A stretch of 64,000 bases of DNA from Obrimoposthia wandeli (Eukaryota), in assembly GCA_977020255.1 (NCBI GenBank), contig CDROCS010000650.1, positions 1-64,000 of the forward strand, written 5' to 3'. The translations under genes were made by a program, and so were the position numbers. Shown piece by piece: positions 1-12,444 of the stretch. The notes beneath the pieces are model-generated. The model saw nothing but the letters and a program-made list of their open reading frames with translations, searched no databases and was not told the origin of the DNA. The stretch's first letter is position 1. Every line of letters begins with the position of its first letter.

Positions 1-2050
1 TTTGTTGTTGTATCATATTTAGTTTAAAATGTTGTAAGTTATTACTAATATAATTTTCAACAAAACTTTGATAGTTTACTTATTAAACATAAGTTTAATG
101 TTTTTTATAATAAATTGACTTGTAAACAAAATGTATTTTGATATATTATTAATTAAATATGTTGTATGTTATTGCTAATATAATTTACAACATAAAAACT
201 TTAAATGGATTTACTTATTCATATCAGTTTAATGTTTTGTACAATAAATTGACTTTGTAAACATAATTTATTTTGATATATTTTCAATTTTAATATGTTG
301 TAAGTTAATAATAATATAATTTTCATAAAACTTCAAATAGTTTACTGTTAAACATAAGTTTAATGTTTTGTACAATAAATTGACTTACCAAACATAATTT
401 ATTTTGATATTTTCAATATAATATGTTGTAATTAATTACTTTAATATAATTTAAAACAAAAACTTTGATGGTTACTTATTAAACATAAGTTTTATGTTTG
501 TACAATAATTGACTTGTAAACATAATATATTTATGCATATATTCGCTTTAATATTTTGTAAGTTATTGCTTTATTATAATTTTCAACAAAACTTCAAGTA
601 GTTTACTTATTAAACATAAGTTTAATGTTTGTAATAAATTGACATAAACATAATTTATTTTTGATATATTTTCAATTTAATATATTTGTAAGTTATTACT
701 TTAATATAATTTACAACAAAAACTTCATTAGTTTACTTGTCTAACCATAAGTTTAATGTTTTGTACAATAAATTGACTTGTAAACATAATTATTTTGATA
801 TATTTTTATAATTTAATATGTTGTAAGTTATTGCTTTAATATAATTTACAACAAAAACTTCAAGTAATTTACTTGTAAACTACAATGTTATTTGTTGTTG
901 TATATATTGAATTTAAATCTTTAAATTCTTTTAATATAATTTAACTAAAACTTCAATCAGTCGTTGTATTAAACATAAGTTGTATTTGTACAATAAATTA
1001 AACTTGTAAACATAATTTATTTTGATATATTTTTAATTTAATATGTTGTAAGTTATTACTTTAATATAATTTACAACAAAAACTTCAAATGATTTTACTT
1101 ATTAAACATAAGTTTAATAAGCTTTATTTAATAAATTGACTTGTAAACATAGTGACTTTGTTATTTTCAATTTAATATGTTGTAAGTTATTTTTAATATA
1201 ATTTGCAACAAACCAAGTAATTTCTTGTAAACTACAATATTTATTTGTTGTTGTATATATTTAGTTTAAAATGTTGTAAGTTATTACTTTAATATAATTT
1301 TCAACAAAAATATCAAGTAGTTTACTTTAAACATAAGTTCAATGTTTGTATAATAAATTATCTTGTACACATAATTTGTTTGATATATTTTCCATTTAAT
1401 ATATTGCGAGTTATTACTTTAATATAATTTTCTTCTAAAAACTTCAAATAGTTTACTTATTAAACATAGGTTTATCAACATTTTCAATAAATTGTTGTAA
1501 GCTTATAATTCATTTTGATATATTTTCAATTTAATATATTGTAAGTTATTACTTTAATATAATTTACAACAAAAACTTCAAGTAGTTTACCAACTAATCA
1601 TAATATTAATGATTTGATCAATAAATTGACTTAATAGCTTGTAATATAATTTGCATATTTTCAATTAATATATGTTGTAAGTTATTACTATAATATTACA
1701 TTATATAAAAAAAAAGTATTGATAGTTTACTATCGTTTACAATAAATTGACTTGTAAACATAATATATTTATGCATATATTCACTTTAATATGTTGTAGT
1801 TATTACTTTATTATAATTTTCAACAAAAACTTCAAATGGTTTATATTAAACATAAGTTTAAATATTTTGTACAATAAATTGACGTAAACACTAATTTATT
1901 TTTGGTATATTTTCAATTTAATATGTTGTAAGTTATTACTTTAATATAATTACAACAAAAACTTCAAGTAATTTACTTGTAAACTACAATATATATTGTT
2001 GTTGCCTGTATTCAGTTTAAAATGTTGTAAGTTAATATACAATATAATTT
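1..2050. repeat. AT-rich tandem satellite A, ~133-bp monomer with a periodic variant monomer
   Basis: Anchor ATATGTTGTAAGTTATTAC recurs about every 130-135 bp (e.g. ~158, 293, 421, 550, 815, 1041). The variant block AACTACAAT..TTGTTGTTG recurs at ~870, ~1230 and ~1980. Confidence 0.9.
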
Positions 2051-2219
2051 ACAAATATCAATAAACAAGTTAACTTATGAATAACTTTATTATAGTTGAG
2101 TTATTTATCATTTAGTCTGAAACAATGAATACCAAATCGCCTACAATGCATGTATAATTTTAATTGTCAACTACGGTAAACTATAATTACTCTTTGTTGT
2201 ACAGTAATAATTTTCAATA

Positions 2220-2480
2220 TATTAAATTAAACATTTACAAAAAATATAATCTGTTTACAAGTCAATTTTATCATACAAATCCTTAAATTGATTAATAAGT
2301 AAAGCTACTTGAAGTTTGTTGTTGTAAATGTCATTATGTTTACAAGTCATTATCATTCAAATCAATTAATATTATGATTAATAAGTAAACTATTTGATTT
2401 TGGGGATGTAATTATATTAAAATGTCGCGCTTTTAACATATTAAAGTGAATATGCAAAGTATATTATGTTTATAAGTCAA
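2220..2480 (-). repeat. Degenerate inverted copies of satellite A
   Basis: TTTACAAGTCAATTTT and TAATAAGTAAAGCTACTTGAAGTTTGTTGTTGTAAAT are reverse complements of the satellite A monomer. Confidence 0.7.
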
Positions 2481-2779
2481 TTTTCAGATATCCTAGTAAA
2501 CAAAATTAAATAACTCGAAAAAAACATTTTACTATTCAAAATAATGACCCAACTAATTATTTATATTGTGAAATTTATATTATTAAGTGGGCGGGAATTT
2601 TGTGACTAACTTTTATCGTTAAAATATTTTTTATGATTTGAGGTTAAAATCCATGATAAAAACGTAATGTGAAAAAGAATGTTATTTAACATATAAAATG
2701 GTGCGGAAGAAATAAAATTTAATATTCATGGTAGCAATATATAAACGTGTGTAAAAAAATATTAATTAATTTTAAAAAA

Positions 2780-5700
2780 AAATCGACTATCGATAACTCT
2801 TAATTTTAAAATAACGTTCACTTGCAAATCACCTATCGACACTATTAATTTTGCTCACATTAACTATTGAAATTCAAACTATCAATCACTCTTTTTAATC
2901 TTACTCTATTTTTAATTTACTTATAGTCTAAATTACACTTGCATTCAATCACAAATTATCGACACTCTTATTTTAAAATTAACATTCACTTGCTAAACCC
3001 ACTTACTTGTATTGAAATTCAAACTATCAATCACTTGCTTTCGTCATAAATCTTTGCATTCAATCTAACTATAGTTTTATTCAAACAAAACTCTATTTTA
3101 ATTTACTTATAGTCTAAATTACACTTGCATTCAATCAAACTATCGACACTCTTATTTTTAAAATTACATTCACTTGCTAAACCCATTTACTTGTATTGAA
3201 ATTCAAACTATCAATCACTTGCTCGTCATACTTGCATTCAATCTAACTATAATTTATTCAACAAAAACTCTATTTTAATTTACTTATAGTCTAAATTACA
3301 CTTGCATTCAATCAAACTATCGACAATTTTATTTTAAAAATTACATTCACTTGCTAAGCACACTTACTTGTATTGAAATCATACTATCAATCACTTGCTC
3401 GTCATACTTGCATACAATCTAACTATAATTTATTCAACAAAAACTATATTTTAATCTACTTATTATCTAAATTACACTTGAATTCAATCAAACTTCGACA
3501 CTCTTATTTTAAAATTGCATCACTTGCTAAACCCACTTACTTGTATTGAAATTCAAACTATAATCACTTGCTCGTCATACTTGCATTCAATCTAACTATA
3601 ATTTATTCAACAAAAACTCTATTTTAATTTACTTTATAGTCTAAAATTACACTTGCATTCAACTTCAAACTATCGACACTCTTATTTTTAAAATTACATT
3701 CACTTTGCTAAACCCACTTACTGGTATTGAAATTCATACTATCAATCACTTGCTCGTCATACTTGCATACACCCAACTATAATTTATTCAACAAAAACTC
3801 TATTTTAATTTACTTATAGTCTAAATTACACTTGCATTCAATCAAACTATCGACACTCTTATTTTTAAAATTACATTCACTTGCTAAACCCACTTACTTG
3901 TATTGAAATTCAAACTATCAATCACTTGCTCGTCATACTCTCATTCAATCTAACTATAATTTATTCAACAAAAACTCTATTTTAATTTACTTATAGTCTA
4001 AATTACACTTGCATTCAATCAAACTATCGACACTCTTATTTTTAAAATTACATTCACTTGCTAAACCCACTTACTTGTATTGAAATTCAAACTATCAATC
4101 ACTTGCTCGTCATACTTGCATTCAATCTAACTATAATTTCTTCAACAAAAACTCTATTTTAATTTACTTCTAAATTGAGTTAAACTCGCATTCAATCGAA
4201 CTATTGACAATCTTATTTTTAAAATTACATTCACTTGCTAAACCCACTTACTTGTATTGAAATCCATACTATCAATCACTTGCTCGTCATACTTGCATTC
4301 AATCTAACTATAATTTATTCAACAAAAACTCTATTTTAATTTACTTATAGTCTAAATTACACTTGCATTCAATCAAACTATCGACACTCCTATTTTTAAA
4401 ATTGATATTCACTGCTAAACCCACTTCATTTGTATTGAAAATTCAAACTATCAATCACTTGCTCGTCATACTTGCATTCAATAACTATAATTTATTCAAC
4501 AAAATCTCTATTTTAATTTACTTATAGTTCTAAATTACCTTGCATTCAATCAAACTATCGACACTCTTATTTTTAAAATTACATTCACTTGTTAAAACCA
4601 CTTACTTGTATTGAAAATTCAAACTATCAATCACTTGCTCGTCATACTTGCACTAATCTAACTATATAATTTACTAACAAAAACTCTATTTTAATTTGCA
4701 TTTCTATATCAATCATACAGTATCTAATCAAAATCAATGACACTCTTATTTTTTTTTAAAAATCGGTATTCACTTGCTAAATACTCTTACTTGTAAATGA
4801 CATTCATACTTGCATGCATAATTTTATTCATTTACATTCATTCTAGTTCAAACTCTCATTCATATTCAAATAAATTAATATTTTTTACTAATTTTCTATT
4901 AATTCCGTTGTAACTTAGTCTACTTGTTGAAACGAAAAGAATGTATAAAGAATGGACTTTCTTACTTTGTAAATGTTATTCACTTACTTGTATTGAAAAT
5001 CGCAACTATCACCCATTTGAAGATGATCGTCATACTATGCATTCAATCAACTATATGTTTATTTTGTATTATTCTCTGACTTCTCTTCTTATTCATTTTT
5101 TATTTTAAACTCTATATATAATTTTATTTAAAGAAATTTTACTTATAGTTCTAAATTAAAGCATTTGGAAAACTTTGATCTAAATTTCACATAAAATAGT
5201 ATGTGTGTGATTACAATATCATTAACTTATAAGAGTGAACTTTAGTTTAAATTTCACATCAAATAGTGTGTATCGACACTCTTATTTTAGAATTGTTAAG
5301 TGTGAAATTATATGGACTAGATCACAAAAGAAGGGTGGAGACTAAGCCACTTGATCCTTTGAATTAGTGGTTAACCAAAAAGAAGGGTGGAGACTAGATC
5401 AATCACTAAAAGATGGGTGGAGACTAGATCACTAAAAGATGGGTGGAGACTAAGCCAATTGACCTCTTCATAGTGGTATATCTCAAAAGAAGGGTTGGGA
5501 GACTACCACTTGAAATCCCTTTAAACTATGGACGACCATAGTAGTATATCAAGTAAGGATCAAAAACTCTAGGATCACTTGTTTCCGTCATACTTGCAAA
5601 CTATAATTGATTGCAAATTCAAACTTATAGTCTAAATATCACTTGCTTATTTTAATCATTCACTATGTTGCATTTAAAATTCATTCACTTCAATCCCACT

Positions 5701-7700
5701 ACTCGTCATACTAACAATCACTTGCTCGTCATACTTGCATTCAATCTAACTATAATTTATTCAACAAAAACTCTATTTTAATTTACTTATAGTCTAAATT
5801 ACACTTGCATTCAATCAAACTATCGACACTCTTATTTTTACATTACATTCACTTGCTAAACCCACTTTACTTGTATTGAAAATTGGCAAACTATCAATCA
5901 CTTTCTCGTCATACTTGCATTCAATCTAACTATAATTTATTCAACAAAAACTCTATTTTAATTTACTTATAGTCTAAATTACACTTGCATTCAATCAAAC
6001 TATCGACACTCTTATTTTTAAAAATTACATTCACTTGCTAAACCCACTTACTTGTATTGAAAATTCAAACTATCAATCACTTCTTCCCCATACTTGCATT
6101 CATCCTATCTATAATTTATTCAACAAAAACTCTATTTTAATTTACTTATAGTCTAAATTACACTTGCATTCAATCAAACTATCGACACTCTTATTTTTTT
6201 TTAAAAATTACATTCACTTGCTAAACTCTTACTTGTAAATGACATTATACTTGCATGCATAATTTTATTCATTTACATTCGCCCCTAAATTTCCTAATAT
6301 TCAAACTTCTCATTCAAATATTCAATAAATTAATATTTTTTACTTAATTTTCTATTAATTCCGTTGTAACTTAGTCGTTGAAACGAAAAGAATGTATAAA
6401 GAATGGACTTTCTTACTTTGTAAATGTTATTCACTTAAGTTTGAAGATGATATTATGAAATTACATAATATGAAATTAATTTTGTATTATTCTCTGACTT
6501 CTTTCTTATTTTATTTTTTATATTAATATATAATTGAAGTTATTTAAAGAAATTTTATCATAATTCTATAAATGTGAAAGCCTAGGAAAAACTTTGATCT
6601 AAATTTCACATAAAATAGTATGTGTGATTACGTAATATTCAATTAAAGAGTGAACTTTAGTTTAAATTTCGCTATTAAAATAGTGTATGATTACGTCATA
6701 CATTCTTAATTGTTAAGTGTGAACTTTATCATAAATTTTCAATGGACTCTAGATCACAAAAAAGAAGGGTGGAGACTAAGCCACTTGATAGTGAATTAGT
6801 GGTTAACCAAAAGAAGGGTGGAGACTAGATCACTAAAAGATGGGTGGAGACTAGATCACTAAAAAGATGGGTGGAGACTAAGCCAATTGACCCTTTCATA
6901 GTGGTATATCTCAAAAAGAAGGGTGGAGACTAAGCCACTTGACCCTTTAAACTATGGACGACCATAGTAGTATATCAAGGAAGGATAGAGTCTAGATCAC
7001 TTGCTCGTCATACTTGCATTCAATCTAACTATAATTTATTCAACAAAAACTCTATTTTAATTTACTTATAGTCTAAATTACACTTGCATTCAATCAAACT
7101 ATCGACACTCTTATTTTTAACCTACTTACTTCACTTGCTAAACCCAATTTACTTGTATTGAAAATTCATACTACTCAATCACTTGCTCGTCATACTTGCA
7201 TTCAATCTAACTATAATTTATTCAACAAAAACTCTATTTTAATTTACTTATAGTCTATCACTTGCTCGTCATATCAAACTATCGACACTCTTATTTTTAA
7301 AATTACATTCACTTGCTAAACCCACTTACTTGTATTGAAAATTCAAACTATCAATCACTTGCTCGTCATACTTGCATTCAATCTAACTATAATTTATTCA
7401 ACAAAATCTCTATTTTAATTCTACTTATAGTCTAAATTACACTTGCTTATTCAATCAAACTATCGACACTCTTATTTTTAAAATTACATTCACTTGCTAA
7501 ACCCACTTACTTGTATTGAAATTCATTATCAATCACTTGCTCGTCATACTTGCATTCCAATCGATACTATAATTTATTCAACAAAAACTCTATTTTAATT
7601 TACTTATAGTCTAAATTACACTTGCATTCAATCAAACTATCGACACTCTTATTTTTTTTATAAAAATTACATTCACTTTAAGACTCTACTTGTAAACACA
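2780..7700. repeat. Satellite B, ~177-bp monomer
   Basis: CACTTGCTCGTCATACTTGCATTCAATC at 3216, 3392, 3565, 3747, 3923 and 4100 (spacing 173-182 bp), with further runs at ~5720-6230 and ~7000-7690. Confidence 0.95.
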
Positions 7701-8560
7701 TTTCATACTTGCATGCATAATTTTATTCATTTACATTCATTCTACCTCTCATTTATTCGCTAAACTCTCATTCAAATATTCAAAATAAATTAATATTTTT
7801 TACTAATTTTCTATTAATTCCGCTTGTAACTTAGCCTCGTTGAAACGAAAAAAAGAATGTATAAAGAATGGACTTTCTTACTTTGTAAATGCTATTCACT
7901 TAAGTTTGAAAGATGATATTATGAAATTACATAATAAATATGTTTAATTTTGTATATTCTCTGACTTCTTTCATTTTATTTTTTATTTTAATATATAATT
8001 GAAGTTATTTAAAGAAATTTTATCATAATCATAAAATGTAAAAAGCCTAGGAAAAACTTTGATCTAAATTTCACATAAAATAGTATGTGTGTGATTACGT
8101 ATGCACATTCATTAACTTATAAGAGTGAACTTTAGCCTTAAATTTCACATAAAATAGTGTATGTGTGTGTTTAAAAACCACATTTCTTAATTGATAAGTT
8201 AGTGAACTTTATCCTAAATTTTCACATAAAATAGTGTGTGTATGATTACGTCATACATTCTTGGGTATTGTTAAGTGTGAACTTTATCATAAATTTTCAT
8301 TATGGACCGATCACAAAAAAGAAGGGTGGAGACTAAACCACTTGATCCTTTGAATTAGTGGTTAACCAAAAAGAAGGGTGGAGACTAGATCACTAAAAGA
8401 TGGGTGGAGACTAGATCACTAAAAGATGGGTGGAGACTAAGCCAATTGACCCTTTCATAGTGGTATATCTCAAAAAGAAGGGTGGAGACTAAGCCACTTG
8501 ACCCTTTAAACTATGGACGACCATAGTAGTATATCAAGGAAGGATAGAGTCTAGATCACT
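4790..8560. repeat. ~1.45-kb higher-order repeat: about 4 satellite B monomers plus a ~750-bp spacer carrying 5-6 copies of AAAAGA(A/T)GGGTGGAGACTA(GATCAC/AGCCAC)
   Basis: The spacer module is seen three times (~4790-5570, ~6235-7000, ~7695-8560). Confidence 0.85.
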
Positions 8561-8772
8561 TGACCCCCCCTCCCCCTCCTCCTCCTCCACCTAGGTGGGT
8601 GTCACACCATATCAATTTGCCACACCATAAGGGTATATGTTGCCTCACCAGAGGTGAGGCAACATATACCCTTATGGTGTGGCAAGACACCTTTTATGGT
8701 GTGATATCCTTATGGAGTGACACCCTTTAGGGGGGGGTCAAGTGATCTAGACTCCATCCTTCTACCTACTAT
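8522..8772. repeat. Foldback/palindromic element with nested inverted repeats
   Basis: Perfect 33-bp arms at 8617-8649 and 8653-8685 with loop AGA. Outer arms AGTCTAGATCACTTGACCCCCCC at 8548-8570 and its reverse complement at ~8731-8753. A middle arm GGGTGTCAC(A/T)CCATA has one mismatch. Confidence 0.9.
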
Positions 8773-9250
8773 GTAATCCACCAGAGCACCACATTTTGGC
8801 GGAACTTTCGAAGCTATGATAAATTCGGTGAAGAGAGCCATGGATAAGATCTTGAATCATTCCGAGGTGTATGATGAGGAATTCATCACAGTTTTAATAG
8901 AAGAACAGCTGGTAAATTCACAATCAAGTAGTTATACACGTAGAAGTGAAGGTTATCCCAAGGCGTTGACTCCAAATAATTTCCTTACAGGAAGGGTAAT
9001 CGAATTGATGCCAGGTAGTGATTGTAAGGTCACGAGAATAAGAAGTTAATGTAAAGAGTCAGTGAGATTTTAGTAGTTTTAAACAGTCATAAGTAGGGTA
9101 AAGATAAGAGATTGGTTTGAGATAACTTCGTTGATAAGGTATGTAGATGTTGATAGGATGTCTTTTGGTACTTCCATGCTTTGTTTTTAGGTTCAAACAT
9201 GCAAGGGGTATGTTGATGATTATTTACCGATAAAGCCGTTTTGTTTAAAG
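8773..9250 (+). mobile_element. BEL/Pao LTR retrotransposon remnant (integrase C-terminus, possible PPT and LTR start)
   Basis: Translation APHFGGTFEAMINSVKRA...EEFITVLIE..LVNS...ALTPNNFLTGRVIELMPGSD matches hallmark BEL/Pao integrase motifs. GGGGTA|TGTTG at 9205-9215 resembles a PPT/LTR junction. Confidence 0.75.
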
Positions 9251-10826
9251 AGCAATTAGAGAATTCAAATTGAAATTAGTCAATCCGGTCGTAAAACTAG
9301 GTAAAAATATAAAAAACTATAATTATATAATCAGACACGAATGATGTCCAAATTATAAATTGTATGAGTTATTTGAGTTTTAACAGTCGATGTTTCAAGT
9401 CGTAAAAGTGAAAATTTTTGTAGTCGATGTAATTTAGTTTGTGATGAAAAATAATAACAAAAATTAGTGACTTTTCCATGACTTTTTTACTATACTAACT
9501 AATTGAAATACTATTTTCAGTTTCAGAAGGTGATTGCTTTTATTTCAAACAAAAGTATGGATTGTTTATTTTTGTAAAACAGAATGCAATAAAAAAATGT
9601 ATTCCAGTTTAAAAGATTAACATTTTTGTAATGTATAAATCAAACCGCAACATGATTGAAAAGACACAAAACACTATACAAAGAACTGATTATTTGAATT
9701 TCAATAAAATTAATAAATATAAAATGTCAATGATATTTTATTGTAAATTTTTTAATGTATATGTAAGTATCAAAAGAAAAACCAAACCCATGGATAAATC
9801 TCAAAAAGCACGCAACATTAAATCAAACAGGTGTAAGTAATGAGAAAAGAATTGTTACTAATTGAAAAAAAAGAAAAGATGAAACCAATAATATAATCGT
9901 AAATAAAATGTATATGTTAACATGATTACATAGCATAAAAATATTGTTGAAAGAAAACAGAACGATAGTGTGAATGAAACAAGTTCTGCTTGATTAGATG
10001 TTAGTTTCTGGTCCGGGTAAAATAGTTCTCAACAAATTATGGTTTCACTTGCAAATCCAGGATGAAGAAAATGTTTCGAGAGAAAATTATTGAAATAATG
10101 AGTTAAATTTTGAATAAAAATTCCGAGTAAAAGCATCAGTTTGTAGGAAAATTTCAATCAAAATTTTGCTTCAAATTTTAGAAACTCAAAACCATTAAAT
10201 TGATTTTCCGACTATTTGATACAATATTTTATTAAATATACAACTTTATTTTATTATTTTGAGTATTATACACTTAAAACTCGAGATGAATTTCAGAAAT
10301 TCTGAACTCTTTCAAAACTGAAGGTTTTAATAAATTAAATTAAATAAACAATAGTAATTTCCTAATTAAATTTCAAGATTACAATTACGCTCACATGTAG
10401 CCTGAAATGCATTTTAAGGTAGAAAATAGGCAAAAATAATTTCAGAGAAAATAGGAAAGGAAATATGTAGTAGACGTAGAGATAAGAAATTTAAATGAAA
10501 AATAATAGCATTATTAAGAGGAAGTATACTATATAAAAGAGAAATGACAATATAAGTTCAAAGTAGTCGTGCTGTGTTATGATAGTGGACACTTAGTTGA
10601 TGAAATCAAGGACACGAAAGGGAAATAGTGAGTGAAGTAGAAAATGGCCACAAAACAGAGAAACCTGGAGACATATGTGTAAATTGAGATCAGCTGGACA
10701 CGCGGATAATGAAAAGTAAAAAAATCACTGTCTCCAATAAGAAAATCTAACATTCAAGTTTCACTTTACCCACCCAGACTGTACAACTGAGATAGTGAAA
10801 GGATGTAGGGAGAAATACTAGGGTAT

Positions 10827-12444
10827 TCACAAGAAATGGTTGCTCTGGGTTACTTGGACTAATTGATGACTATGTAGAGGTACGGCTGAGGTTTTGTTGT
10901 CTTTACTCAGAGAACAGGAAGACTTATTGCAACAATCAGTCTTTTCTCCAATATTGTTGTTGTTGTTTTCATCGTTATTTGGGGCACTGTGATTGGAGCC
11001 CAGCGACTCTTTGTGACTTTCAAGTAACTTGCTGGAACTGCCAACCAAAACAGAGTTACTGCTGCCGATTGAGCTGGTATTATTATTATTGTTATTGGGA
11101 GAAGGCAGAGCGGACTGCTGCATAATCTTCTGACGTACTTCACGAATTTTGAGCTTCAATATCTGAGTGGTTGGAAACACAGTTGAATTCTGCTTTTGAA
11201 ACTTGCTAACCACGTCCGCTGAAAATAGAAAAAGTTGCATTAAATTAAAATAAATTACTTGTACATTGAAGTAATCAATTGCGATGAATATTCGAATTTA
11301 TCAGTTTTTAAATAACTATACTACATTTAATTTAGCGCTAATATATCTGATTAATTACTTATAAGTTCTTCCAGTTTTCCATTATTTTTCGAAATATTTT
11401 CTTCAGCTGCTTCTTGAATTTTTTAACTTTGTTACAGTTTCTTATACACATTGGTAATTTGTTGTTATCAATCTGCAGTCATCATAGTTGCTCCTAAGAC
11501 GCATATATATGCTCACTATACCAGTCTAGAGAGGTCCATATAAATATTTGAGTTTTTGTGAAAGAATACTATTTTAATAATATGTAGGATCTCAAATTTT
11601 ATTTTGGAATTGATCGGTAACAAATCCAGTTTCATAACATTTTACTTGGACTAGCACTTTTCAATAATTCTCATATAATTCTCACGCTTTGTTACAATGT
11701 TATGCAAGTGATTTAATTTATAAATTGATATCGTTCGATAAAGTATTTTGAAAATCTAAAGTCTATATTTAATAATCGCATACAATAGCATTTTGGTTAT
11801 TCTATTGGTTAGATATTTTCTTATTCAATAAATATTTTTGAAATAACTTGTTTGTTCTTATCAAATTATTAATGCAATATATGTAAGTAATTTACCTAAA
11901 AAATAAGCAATTGATGGTTCAGACATGTAAAAGTTACTAAACGTCTCACTGGATGGGAAAAGGCTCTTGTCCTGAAGAAGTTTGAGCACAAGTTTGCGGC
12001 GCAACTCCAACATCTTTTTGGAGCCTGAAGTGTTTATGGATCCATTTGGAGTGAGTAGCGATGTGGTTAACGGCGGCAGAAGTAACTGTTGGTTGGGAGA
12101 GTGAACAATGTGCTGATGCTGATTGGTGCCGTGGCTTCCTGGTGCAGTGGTGGGGTTCATACCGGGACTTAGTGGTGTATTGGCCGCTGAATTGGTACCG
12201 CTACCGACTGCATGCGGGAAATCAGAGCCGAAGAAGACATTGTTAGTGTCATAGAGAAGCTGATGGCGCAGAACTGCAATGTCTGCTGATTTGGGAAGCT
12301 TATCTGTCGAACAAGATTGATTGAAGCTGATGTGGTTGCTGGTGGTTGCACTGGTTGCGAATCTGTCCCTTCCACCAACTACTTGCTTCAGACCCGCTGT
12401 AGACAATGTCAAACCGTTGGATGCCGCAGTCTCGTTGGTTGTCA
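10827..12444 (-). CDS. cic: cic last two exons: C2 ERK-docking-like motif and C1 DNA-binding domain
   Basis: NVFFGSDF; [21 protein letters not shown]|[34 protein letters not shown] matches the CIC C1 domain across the intron 11219-11949. Confidence 0.93.
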
